Positions 53,337 to 64,000 of a stretch of DNA of 64,000 nt are shown here, piece after piece. The position numbers and the translations under genes are program-made. Origin of the DNA: Camelus ferus (Eukaryota); the NCBI RefSeq assembly GCF_009834535.1, contig NC_045696.1:49974001-50038000 (forward strand), in the 5' to 3' direction. The first letter of the stretch is position 1, and each line of letters begins with the position of its first letter. The notes beneath the pieces were generated by a model. The model was not told the origin of the DNA. It saw only the letters and a program-made list of their open reading frames with translations, and ran no database searches.

Positions 53337-54390
53337 AATATTACTCAACCATAAAAAAGAATAAAATATTGCCACTTGCACTAACATGGATGGACCTCTT
53401 AGATGGTATTATGCTAAGTGAACAAACATAAGAAAAAACAAACAGATTTACAGATACAGATAACAAACAGGCAACCACCTGGAGAAGGGGTTGAGAGGAG
53501 GAAAGAAATGGGTGAGGGAGATTACAAACTTCCAGCTGCAAAATAAATGGATATGAAATGTCCAGTGTGGAGTACATAGTCAATATCTTTGTATGGTGAC
53601 ATGCTGTAACTACACTTATCGTGATGATCATTTTGAAATGTATAGAATATTGAATCACTATGTTGTATAACAGGAAGTAACATATAGTGATGTAGGTCAT
53701 TTATAATTCAAAAACAAACAAACAAGCAAACAAACTCATAGAAAATGAGATCAGATTTGTGGTTACCAGAGGCAGGCCATGGGGGAGTGCGAAAAAGGGG
53801 AACTGGATGAAGGCAGTCAAAGGTACTAACTTCAGTTATAAGATAAAGAAGTAGTAGGGAGATAATGTAAAACAACATGACCAATATAATCAACATTGCT
53901 GTATGCTACATATTAAAGTTGTTAAGAAGTAAATCCTATGAATTCTCATTACAAGGAAAAATATTTTTTCTATTTCTTTAATTTTATATCTGTATAAATT
54001 GATGGAGTTCATTAAACTTATTGTGATAATCATTTCATGATGTATATAAGTCAAATCATTATGCTGTACACCTTAAACTTACATCGTGCTTTATGTCAAT
54101 TACATCTCAATAAAACTCGAAGAAGAAAAATGATTCTGTAAAAATTGAATGTTAATTTAGAAAGATAACATGAATCTGAACACTCACCTCACATCATATA
54201 AAAAATTAATTCAAAATGAATCATAGACCTAAATGTCAAATCTAAAACTATTAAACTACTAGAAGAAAATATAGGAGAAAATCCTAGTGACCTTGGGTAA
54301 GGCAAATAATTTTTAATAGGACATAAGAACACAAATTCTAAAAGAAAAATTGATGAGTTGAATTTCATCAAAAGTAAAAATTTGGGGAGG
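53210..54390 (+). mobile_element. Stacked L1 3' ends and an ORF2 fragment
   Basis: acaatagccaaaacatggaagcaacctaaatg; two successive 3'UTR termini; aaactactagaagaaaatataggag. Confidence 0.85.
53303..53334. repeat. (CA)n microsatellite (others at 26868-26915, 52167-52189; (GTTT)n at 51939-51970)
   Basis: Direct read. Confidence 0.9.
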
Positions 54391-55137
54391 AAAAAATCTA
54401 CAGTGGTACCAAAGCAGAGACTTGCTGTTTTTGATTGTGAATCTAAGTCATACATGGAAGACAATGAAACTGTTATGTAAATATTACAGAACCTGCTAAA
54501 AACAACATGTAGTGGATTTTTTAAAATCAATGTAATTGAATAAAATTTATCTTGCTTACAAATGGCTTTTGAAAATAATGCCTGTAATAATCACTGTGCA
54601 CATTTTTTCACCTGACATCTATTTGAGACTTTAATAATAAGGCTATAGAAATGATCTCCAACTTTTCTCTGAGGATTAATATTCAAAAGGACATATACTA
54701 TATGTAAATGACAATTAATGAGAAAGTGTTTTCACTCATACCCTATGACCTTTTAAATGACTATCTGTGCCAAAAATCACATCAATATTTGGATTGAATT
54801 TCTAAAGTAAATCAAATGAAATTGGATCATTAAAAAAAAAAAAGGAAAGAAATTGGATCAGGGGTTGCTTCTCTGAGGCACTGGTGAAGGATTGAGTTTA
54901 AAGAAGTCTAAGGGGATTTTCTAGGGTGGTAGAAATTTTTATATCTTGATTGTGTGGCTATGCAGATATACATATTTATCAAAACTCATCAAACTGTGCA
55001 CTGAAAATGTATGCTTACTACTGCATGTAAATTGTACCTCAATAAAATTGAATTTTAAAATATAAAAAAAAACTCAACATTGATAACATGTGGTAGTTCT
55101 TGAGTGAATAATATTTTTGAAAAAGAGTACTTCTTAC

Positions 55138-55266
55138 CTGCCAAAATAACTTGTGGAGCATGTAAACATCCATGTCAAATGCAACATTAAAGATAATTAT
55201 TGGTGTAAATAAACTAAAAAATAAATGTGGATCTATCCATTGTATGGCGTCTGCAAATTGTTGGAC
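55138..55266 (-). CDS. SLC9C1: SLC9C1 coding exon 3 (VQQFADAIQWIDPHLFF...LHKLFWQ)
   Basis: ttattag| ... CAG|GTAAGA, 129 nt. Confidence 0.95.
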
Positions 55267-55829
55267 CTAATAATATAAAAACATGTCATTTTCTCATTTA
55301 TCCATTGGTCTTTTGGCATAGAATACATGCCAGGCACTCCTATCTCTAGCAAAAGATAGAAAGATCCATCACAACATGATAAACACTAAAGTCTTAACAC
55401 TGTTGGATATTCACAATTTTTCATCAGATCATTACCAACTACAAGAAAAGGTTAGTGTAATCTCTATGCCTATTTTATCTTCTTAAAGAACAGATATAGG
55501 AAGCACATTGACATAAGTACTAAAGAATATGTAGGAGATTTTCAGGCGTACAAGATAAAGAGATTTCAGATAGATGAAAGAGATTTCATGATGATGTACA
55601 AAGTCTGCAAAGGAGTAAACAATCATATCAAATTCCCAAAACTGTGTAATTAGTCATGGCTTACACAGAAGCTGTGTATGGGAGAATAGCAGGGATAGAG
55701 ACTAGGAAGGTAATGCAGTTCATGAAATAACAAATTAATGGTGTTTTAGTTGATATTTGTAAATCCTATTATGGGCATCCATTCAACATTCATTCATTAA
55801 GGAAACACTGAGTACCTACTGTGTTGGTT

Positions 55830-56337
55830 GATTATCTTTGAATTTGGGAGATGATTCTCCATGGGTCTCTTGTGTTTCTCCATAATTTACAGATGGAGGC
55901 AGTGATTGCTTTCTTCCGGGAATATTTTCTTTCAAGAATATCTAACAGCTTTGGAAGAGAGAGCAAGTGTCCCTCCAGAGGAAAGGGCAGGTTTACTATA
56001 CTCGCCAGTGTAATAATGATAATCTCTCTCCGGAGCAAGAGGGCAGAAAAGCTTACTGCCCATCATAAAATATTCAAGTTCTCTAATCTCAGATTTCTCC
56101 TCCTGTAATGCAACCCATTGAGTGTGCAGGTTTCACTTCTTTGCTTCTCCTTGTGGGGCTCATGGAACAGGGACAAGAAAATGCTGATACTCTGGCTTCT
56201 GCTATTGCTGTGAGTAACAAATCCTCTCTCTCAAGCCCAGGAGTCCCATGCCTTTTGCCAGGACCATGAAATTGTGGCAAGCCAACTGAATAGCTTGAAA
56301 GTAGAGTAAAGTCTTAGACTCTTCACAGATCTTGACA
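55830..56337 (+). mobile_element. Old ERVL-type LTR (MER76/MER54-like)
   Basis: gggagatgattctccatgggtctct... gctattgctgtgagtaa... ends in cttgaca; family name from memory. Confidence 0.55.
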
Positions 56338-56549
56338 CATAAGCTCATAGAAGTACTTAAAATTGCACTTACATCAAAAATCATATGGTTATGAAACCTG
56401 TTCATGACAAATGAAGTAGTAATCTGCTTCTGGTTCTCGCATAGATACATGATTTCCACTATGTTTTTTTTTAACATCACTGGTTAAATTTGTTTGGGAA
56501 AGTCAATCATTTCCACACACATTCTCATTTACGCACTGATTAACTAGAG

Positions 56550-56778
56550 CAGGTGTTGGCAAACTACACCCTCTGGGCCAAATCTGGCTCAAAGCCAGTT
56601 TTTATAAATAAAGTATTATTGGAACACAGCCATGCCCAATTACTTACATATTGTCTATGGCTGCTTTTGAGCTACAATGGCAGAGTTGAGTAGTTGTGAA
56701 AGAGATCATATGACCTGCATAATCTAAAATGTTTACTATGTGATCTTTTACAGAAAAAATTTACTGCCAATACCCGGG
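56550..56778 (+). mobile_element. MER58A (hAT MITE)
   Basis: caggtgttggcaaactac...ggaacacagccatgccca...ggcagagttgagtagttg. Confidence 0.85.
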
Positions 56779-56799
56779 CTAGGGAACTATTTAATGTGT

Positions 56800-57042
56800 C
56801 AATAAATTGGGCGTTCAGGATTTGCAGGTACTAACTACTATATATAAAATAGATAAACAACAAGTTCATACAGTACAGTACAGGCAACTATATCCAATAT
56901 CTTGTAGTAACCTATAATGAAAAAGAGTATGAAAATGAACATATGTATGTATATGTATGACTGAACTATTATGCTGTACACCAGAAACTGACACATCATA
57001 AACTGACTATACTTCAATAAAAAATTAAAATTAAAAAAAAAA
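56800..57042 (+). mobile_element. L1 3' end
   Basis: tgctgtacaccagaaactgacaca...aactgactatacttcaataaa followed by poly(A). Confidence 0.85.
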
Positions 57043-57593
57043 TGTATTCTGTATCCCTTGTAGTAAGCGTATTCTCTCTCCACTACCAGACTCCAGCTGT
57101 TTCTGATGATTTCATAATACTGTAGCTTGAGTCAGGTACACTTAGAGACTGGTCCCTAGTCTATGAGGCTTCTATGAAACATTCCTGAGGCATTGGTTCA
57201 ATGTCAGAATTCTCTTACTACTAGAGTCTTGTACCAGTAACTCAAAGTCTCTCTGGGCTTCTAACATTTTAACCAGTTTCTTGTCTGAGTGTTCGAATTA
57301 TGCTTAAATACTCAGCTACTCACACTCTCAGTAGCTGTAAGTGTACTCGTTCTGAATTGCTTACCTAGTCTCAGACCTAGGCTCTGTTTAGACTATGTTT
57401 AGCTGGATTTCAGCTCTTTCACTCCTGGTTCCTTTTTCTACACAGCTGATCTGATGCTACCCACACCACAAATATCTTTCAACTGGCAGAGCAGTGAAGA
57501 GATAGGTTCACAAATTTTCTTAAGCCATCTTTGTATTTACGTGAATTTTAGATATACTCAGATATATAAAATACTCATATTCACTGTACACAC

Positions 57594-57694
57594 CTGGTCA
57601 GATGTAAAACTTAACATTTCAAAACTGCATCCAATTAAAAATAATATCACAGGGAGAGGAACTGGAAAGTCTTTCAAGTGTAGGTTCAAAAATG
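57594..57694 (-). CDS. SLC9C1: SLC9C1 coding exon 2 (AFLNLHLKDFPVPLPVILFLIGCSFEMLSFTSDQ)
   Basis: tttgcag| acceptor, CAG|GTGTGT donor, 101 nt. Confidence 0.95.
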
Positions 57695-58867
57695 CTGCAA
57701 AAAAACTATGTCTTTACTGAAAGGCAATGAAATACCACATTTACAGAACTTTAATTTGATATGATTTCTTAATTTCAAGGACAATGACATGCTGTTCCAC
57801 CACTTTCTTGCTATACTCCTGTAACTGAAACCCTTCCTCACACTTCGGCATACAGAATCAGTGTAATTGGTAATCCGCTAAATTCATGCTTTACCTCTTC
57901 TATGAGGTATATCATTTCCTTAGAATCTTCAGTAAATATTGTTAGCAATCACTGGCTGTTGGGTTGTACTAAAATATTTGTATCAATTTTTGTACATGTC
58001 ATAAGTCAGATATTTGCTTTGTTAACGAATCTTTAGCAACCCTGCAATAAGGGGTTAATAATAAATAACTTAAATGAAATATTCTGGCTGATTCCCAAGA
58101 TAACAATGAGGAATTAGTAAAATAATTTAACAATGAAAAAAAAATGGCTACCTATTACTAGTTACCTACTACCTATTAAAGCCCAAAATGAATATTTAAC
58201 TTTGCTTAACTTCTTTCATTACTTGTTTTCAAAGTGCAATAGCAATATTACAGTGTTTCCTTCAGTTTAATGTTTTCTGATTATCTTGGTAATACATTTC
58301 CTAATCAGGTCAAAGAATGCAGAAAAGGTGCTCTCTCTTGATTTCTACAGTGTTCTTTTCTTCTCATAAAAGCTGAGTATAATTTAGCACTTGGACAAAA
58401 CCTAAGGGACATCCTATCACGTGGTTAAAAAGTAACTGAATCATTCAGAAGATCTATCACTTTGAAAATTCTTTGTCCAGGGGAAGAAAGCTGTGGGACA
58501 GCTAACTTTAAAATATGAATGAAACAATAGTTTATGATAATGCAGGTAACAATAAAATCCCTAAACCCTTGATTTTCTGCCTATGTGCTTCAGTTCTCCA
58601 CATCACTTAAATCTAACCATGACCTAGCTGGTAAAAAGGTATGAATACTTTGAACTCAATAGAAGTGAAGAATATGGATTAGATCCTACATGTGTCTTCT
58701 CGGGGCAGATTACTGTTGGATTCATTTGATTAAAAATCTGAGGATAGAGGTATGAATTTAAAAACAAAAATCTAATTTCCTACTCTTGCTACTTTCCTTA
58801 ATTCTTTACAATGACATTTACAAAATATGTCCATAGAATAAACTAAAATAAAAAGGATTATACTTAC

Positions 58868-59012
58868 CTCCAACTGTACAGATCAAAGACAATATTAGAA
58901 TGATTTCAGGAAGATCCTCAGAACTTTTCATGAATACAGTCCTGAAAAATTTCAGCCATCCACTAGTAAATCTTTTGTCAAGAAAATCCAAATCAGAACC
59001 GCTGGAATTCAT
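58868..59012 (-). CDS. SLC9C1: SLC9C1 coding exon 1 (MNSSGSDLDF...SLICTVG)
   Basis: ATG at 59012 with A at -3; donor GAG|GTAAGT; 145 nt, phase 1. The start codon choice is inferred. Confidence 0.85.
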
Positions 59013-60309
59013 CCTGTTGTTTGTCACAGGCTTTCTGAATCCAACTCTTAGGACTCTCGGCAAAACTCACCTAGGACCAAAGGAACGTAGGATTTGCCTT
59101 CTTGATGGCCTTCTAAAGCTTTCCTTCGAAAGACAAATAAAAAGCTCATATTTCTCCTTAATTATTTCTAGTGATTTCTTAGAGTCTGCGAAAATTAGGG
59201 ATACTTTCCTCTTCTACGATGCTTTTGATTTAAATGAGATAGAAAAGGTACAACCCCAAGGGACAGAGGCTAGTCAGCGTCATCCCATGTTCTTAATGAT
59301 ACCAAGCACTACTCAGCTATTATTCACTCTGTATCTATCCAACTGAAAAGAGGATTTTTCATGTAACCAGTCACCGGGACCACAAGCTGAAACAGGTTAC
59401 TTAGCTCTAGGGATAGACAACTGAGGGATTTGCCCTCAGCCTATCTGAGCCTCGGGAAGCATGTTCTGGCAGCTACTTCAAAGTCAGAAGCGGTGGGGGT
59501 TTGGGTGATGGGGTGGAGAATATTCTGATCTCTTATGTTGTTCTATCCAGACAGAAATTAATAGACCATAATGATATTCAGTCATAACTTTCTTTTATCT
59601 CATTTGAGACCTTGATGGGCCAGGTTTTTTCCAACTTTTATATATTTTTATAGCAACCAAGTTCAACAGAATCTCACTGCCTGACTGTGAATATGTGACA
59701 AATACTCAGATTGGCTTCTTTAGTCTCTACTCCAGAGTTTCCTAACAAACCTTTTCCCCCAAGAAATGTTAAGCTAGCATATAAATGCTAATATTACTCT
59801 ATTTTGATACTTTAAAAGAGTTGGGTAAAGAAGTAGTGGTTTAGAATAAACAGAATTTCAATGTTATTAAAACTCTTTTCCAGCTTAAATTGACTTTTAA
59901 AAGTTGTGGATAACTTTTTGAGTCCATGTCTCATTAAAGAAAAAAAAAATACTGGTTTGTCTTAAAGTTGCTACATAGATTTCTGACATTAATTTATAAG
60001 TAAATTAGATAATGCCTCAATTCTCTTTCTATGTGGAGTTAATGATTGTCCTCTCAAAAATGGCGTGTGGATTTGTCCTCAATGTCAGTCAGCCCTGAGA
60101 AATTCTCTTTCTCTTGGAGGGGAAATGGATTCACCTTGTCCCTGAAAGTGGGAAGTCTTTCTTCCCTTTAATCACTACATTTTGTAGGAACTGTGCGACA
60201 AAATTATCCTGAAGGGGTACTGTGGGCTCTCAGTAACTATCACAAGCTGCAAAGCTATTAATGGTTTATGACAGAGAACTGGAGTTGGATTGTCTGCTCA
60301 GAAAACTCT

Positions 60310-60600
60310 CCCAGCACACGACGCAGCGTCCGTCTGACTCACAGACCCTGAAGATGGGCGGTCTGTTGTCCTCCCAATGACCTTCACTCAGAACGAGCCC
60401 TTCCTCCCTCGGGCTCCGCTCCAGACACCTGAGGAGATGCACCACGGCATCAGTGTGCTTCCAGTACTGCCTAAGGCAAAAGGAACAAACACAAGGCAGG
60501 TGAGCAGTCTGGAAAGTTGATACCGGATGTGTAATGACGGAGGGCTGGGGGCAGAAATTCAAACTGAGTGGCTGGTTGATCTTCGCGAAAGTCCGCTGCC
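60310..60600. promoter_or_regulatory. CpG-enriched patch in the first intron
   Basis: More than a dozen CpGs in about 300 bp, against a CpG-depleted, AT-rich background. Confidence 0.5.
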
Positions 60601-60753
60601 TTAGGAAAGGTGGAAACTACAAGAGGGAATGTCTGGCTGAATCTGTAGCTGGAACACTGTAGGAGCATTTCCTTCTTTCTGAGGAGAGGCTGAGGGAGAA
60701 AGTACCAGAGGGGAAGGGCAACTTCCTGAAGGGGAAGCCAGGGGAGGACTCAC

Positions 60754-60840
60754 CATCAGCGCCTCAGGAGGAGCATCATATGGTATGTAAGTGACAAGTG
60801 GAGGCTAGCTAATCCGTTCACCCGGAACTGCCACAACCAA
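60754..60840 (-). other. SLC9C1: Probable non-coding first exon of SLC9C1 (5' end approximate)
   Basis: Strong donor ATG|GTGAGT at 60754/60753, just downstream of a GC box and CCAAT cluster. Confidence 0.6.
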
Positions 60841-61000
60841 CTGCAGCCTCACTGACAGTTAGTTCCTCTAAGCCCCGCCCCTGGCCTGCACCCATTGGTT
60901 TCAGGTTCACAACCCCTGACTTGACTGGCTGACGACGAAATCAGTCCTAGAAGGCATTACACAGCATCATTGCCCCTGTACCCCTATGGCAACTTTTGAA
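60830..61000 (-). promoter_or_regulatory. TATA-less proximal promoter of SLC9C1
   Basis: GC box GCCCCGCCCC 60872-60881, CCAAT (minus strand) 60894-60898, MYB-type YAACTG at 60838-60843 and 60856-60861, half-CRE TGACG 60930-60934, RFX-like ATGGCAAC 60986-60993. Confidence 0.65.
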
Positions 61001-61189
61001 GTCTTAAGACCGTGTATTTAAAAAAGTTAATTCCAGCAATTGTATTACTATATTAATTTAAACCTTAGGAACAGTGAATTTCTGGCAAAGAGCCAACGGA
61101 CACTGTTTTTCCAGAACTCCAGTTGCAGTGAATTCCCTAGATAAAATAGAATGGTAGAAATTTTGAAATATGAGGATGCAGGTTAGGAA

Positions 61190-64000
61190 AGACAGAGGTG
61201 TGTACTTATTGCCATTTTGTTCATTGTTTTGGGGTTGTTTTGTAGTTCTCTTTTGTTCCTTTCTTTTTGTTTTGCTCTTTCCTTGTGCTTTGATGACCAT
61301 CTTTAGTATCTTGTTTGGATTCCTTTCTTTTATTTTTTATTTTTTTTTTTACATTTTTTATTGATTTATAATCATTTTACAATGTTGTGTCAAATTCCAG
61401 TGTAGAGCAAAATTTTTCAATTATACATGAACATATATATATTCATTGTCACATTCCTTTCTCTGTGAGCTACCATAAAATCTTGTATATATTTCCCTGT
61501 CCTATACAGTATAATCTTGTTTATCTATTCTACAGTTTTGAAATCCCAGTCTATCTCTTCCCACTCCCCACCCCCTTGGCAACCACAAGTCTGTATTCTA
61601 TGTCTATGAGTCTATTTCTGTTCTGTATTTATGCTTTGTTTGTTTGTTTGTTTTTAGATTCCACATATGAGCGATCTCATATGGTATTTTTCTTTCTCCT
61701 TCTGGCTTACTTCACTCAGAATGACATTCTCCAGAAACATCCATGTTGCTGCAAATGGCGTTATGTTGTTGGTTTTTATGGCTGAGTAGTATTCCATTGT
61801 ATAAATATACCACATCTTCTTTATCCAGTCACCTGTTGATGGACATTTAGGCTGTTTCCATTTCTCAGCTATTGTAAACAATGCTGCTATAAACATTGGG
61901 GTGTAGGTGTCATCCTGAAGTAGGGTTCCTTTCTTTTGTGTGTGTATCTATTATAATCTTTGTTTTGTGGTTACTGTGAGGTTTATATATACCAACCTAT
62001 ATATGTATAAGTGGTTATTTTAAGTTGCTTATTTCTTAAGTTCAAATGCATTTTAACAACTCTGCATTCCCCCTCACCATGCTTGCTGACTTTGACATCA
62101 TATTTTATATCTTTATGTTTTGTGTATCCTTTAACTACATGTTGTGGATATAGATGATTTTATTACCTTTGTCTTTTAACCTTACTTGTACCTTTATACA
62201 TTGTTGATTTACTGCCTTTACTTTATATTTGCCTTTACCAATGAGACTTTTAATTTTGTAGTTGACTTGTAAGTTTTTATATTTCTAGTTGTGGCTTTTT
62301 CTTGTTTACCTAGAAAAGTCCATTTAACATTTCTAATAAAACTGGTTTAGTGGTTTACTGGTGCTGAACAAGCTTTTGCTTGTCTATGGAACTTTCAATC
62401 ACTTCATCAAATCTGAATGAAATACTTGCCAGGTAGAGTATTCTTGGTTGTAGGTTTTCCCCATTCACCACTTTAAATATATCATGCCACTTCCTTCTGG
62501 CTGCCATTTCTGCTCCCTATTTGGGCTATGTGGGGCCTTCTGCTGTAGTGGGCTGACTACTGCTGGTGGTCTGGTAGGTGTAGCTGATCCCTGGTTTGGT
62601 TACTTGCCATGCCTTGCCTTTTGTGGAGGCTCCTGGCCACTGGAGGGCAGGGTTGGGTCACAAGGCCGCTGGCTGCATTGCCCCAGGAGGTCCCAGTGTA
62701 GTGCTGGTCTACTGCTGGGCAGAGTTGGGTTCTGGAGTGGGTGAATGTGGTGCTGGCAGTCCCAGATCTAATGTTGGATTGCTGGTGGGTAGGGTTGGTT
62801 CTTGGTGTGGCTGGCTGTTGTGTTCAGGGTGTCCTGAATTTGGTGTTGACCAGCTGGTGAGTGAGGTATATCCTATGGCAGCTGGCTGAGGTGTCCAAGT
62901 TGTCTTGGATCTGATGTTTACCTTCCATTGGGCAGGACTTGGGCCTGGGGCTTGGGGGGGGGGGGTCCCAAGGCTAGTAGAGCTGGCTCTCTGGTGGGTG
63001 GAATCAGGTTTCTGAGCCTCAATCTGTAGGGCCCTGAAGGGCTAAGAGCTGGAGTAGGTCCACTGGTGAGAAGGCTGACATGGCTGGCTGAAGGGTCTTT
63101 GTGTGTTCCAAGCTGGTGTTGGCTTGCTGGTGGGTGAATCCAGATCCTTGGGTGTCTGGCTGAGGGTCTGCAGTAGTCCTGGGGCTGGTGTCTACCCATT
63201 GGTGAGTGAGGCTGGTCCCGGGGCTACTGTTGGCTAACTGATGAGTGGAACTGGGTCCCATTGTCTCTGGCTACAGAGTCCTAGAGTCCTGGGGCTAGTG
63301 CCAGTGTGCTGGTGTGCAGGCCTGGGTCTAGGGTCCTCTGGTGGACAGGACTGGTCCTGGGGCAGCTGTGGGCTCAGGGGTGCAGCAGGCCTACTGGTGG
63401 GTGGGGTTCTGTTTCTGCCCAGCTAGTTGCTTGGCCTAAGGTGTCCCAGTACTGGGGCCTATAGGCTGATGTGTGGCACAAGGTCCTGGCACTAGTAAGC
63501 TAGAGGCAGGATTCCAAAATGGTGCTTGCCAGCATCAATATCCATGTGGCAGAATGAGCTCCACAAAGTGGCTGCTACCACTGTCTATGTCCCTGGGGCA
63601 AGTCCCAGCTGCCTTCTGCCTCTCCAAAAGGCTCTCCAAGATCAGCAGCTGGGTATGACCCAGGATCCTTTCAAATTACTGCTTCTGTTCTGGTTCTGTG
63701 TGCGCCCTGTAGGAGTGGAATCTCTAGCTCCTATTGCCCTCTGCCTCTCCTGAAAGCAAGCTCCACTGTCCTTCAAAGCCAAATATTCTTATGAAATTGT
63801 CTTCCTGCTGCAGAACCCCCAGGCTGGGGAGCCCAGTTTGGGTCTTGAACCCCTTGCTCCTTTGGGAGTGCTGCAATTGTAATTATCCTTCCATTTGTGG
63901 GTTGCCCACCTGTGGATATGGGTCTTGACTATATCACCTCTCCACCCCTCTACCTGTCTCATGGTGGTTCTTTGTTTATACCTTTAGCTTCTACTAGTCT
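61190..64000 (-). mobile_element. Older L1 5' portion (5'UTR, partial ORF1, inter-ORF)
   Basis: GC-richer 5'UTR-type sequence at 62510-64000, ORF1 end at about 62340-62510; 61196-61320 is homologous to the L1 piece at 4865-5030. Confidence 0.75.
61332..61925 (-). mobile_element. Young 5'-truncated L1 nested in the older L1
   Basis: ORF 61654..61896 is an intact ORF2 C-terminus; poly(T) at about 61332; TSD TTCCTTTCTTTT at 61320-61331 and 61926-61937. Confidence 0.9.

Larger units (their letters stand above)
68..60840 (-). other. SLC9C1: SLC9C1 gene span (sperm-specific Na+/H+ exchanger); 3' end runs off the window, 5' end approximate
   Basis: 26 phase-consistent GT-AG coding exons give 1155 codons with no stop; peptides such as EDLPEIILILSLICTVG, SSDPMLTAA, KFDKDLANADWN, YDHPEIAVTMKTKEEINVMLN are recognisable SLC9C1. 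Confidence 0.97.

Noticed and set aside
68..59012. Possibility that SLC9C1 is a pseudogene, or that the gene is the paralog SLC9C2
   Set aside because: All 26 exons are open and in phase with canonical splice sites, and the peptides closely match remembered SLC9C1 sequences
58900..59346. 148-aa plus-strand ORF, the longest in the track
   Set aside because: Antisense to coding exon 1, with no recognisable domain or supporting gene structure
62484..63928. Cluster of GC-rich ORFs on both strands
   Set aside because: Within L1 5'UTR-like sequence; chance ORFs from higher GC content

Overview
Mammalian genomic DNA, very probably camelid, judging from three tRNA-Ala-derived vic-1-type SINEs. The window is almost entirely occupied by the minus-strand gene SLC9C1 (sNHE/SLC9A10), the sperm Na+/H+ exchanger with a CPA1 transporter domain, a voltage-sensor domain (VSD) and a cyclic-nucleotide-binding domain (CNBD). 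I reconstructed 26 coding exons by hand from 59012 down to 68. All have GT-AG boundaries and consistent phases, and they join into one uninterrupted 3465-nt (1155-codon) frame. The final exon(s) and the stop codon lie beyond the left edge. A probable non-coding first exon and a TATA-less promoter (GC box, CCAAT, MYB and RFX-like sites) sit at about 60750-61000, directly followed by L1 sequence. Introns are filled with L1 fragments, SINEs/MIRs, solo LTRs and DNA transposon fossils. I found no convincing new biological system. The most notable points are degenerate transport and cAMP-binding motifs alongside an intact S4, an out-of-frame ATG resembling the human start, leader uORFs and dual splice sites, a 150-bp hairpin, and several tail-only insertions. 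Ortholog comparisons and repeat family names are from memory, not from searches, and repeat boundaries without TSDs are approximate.
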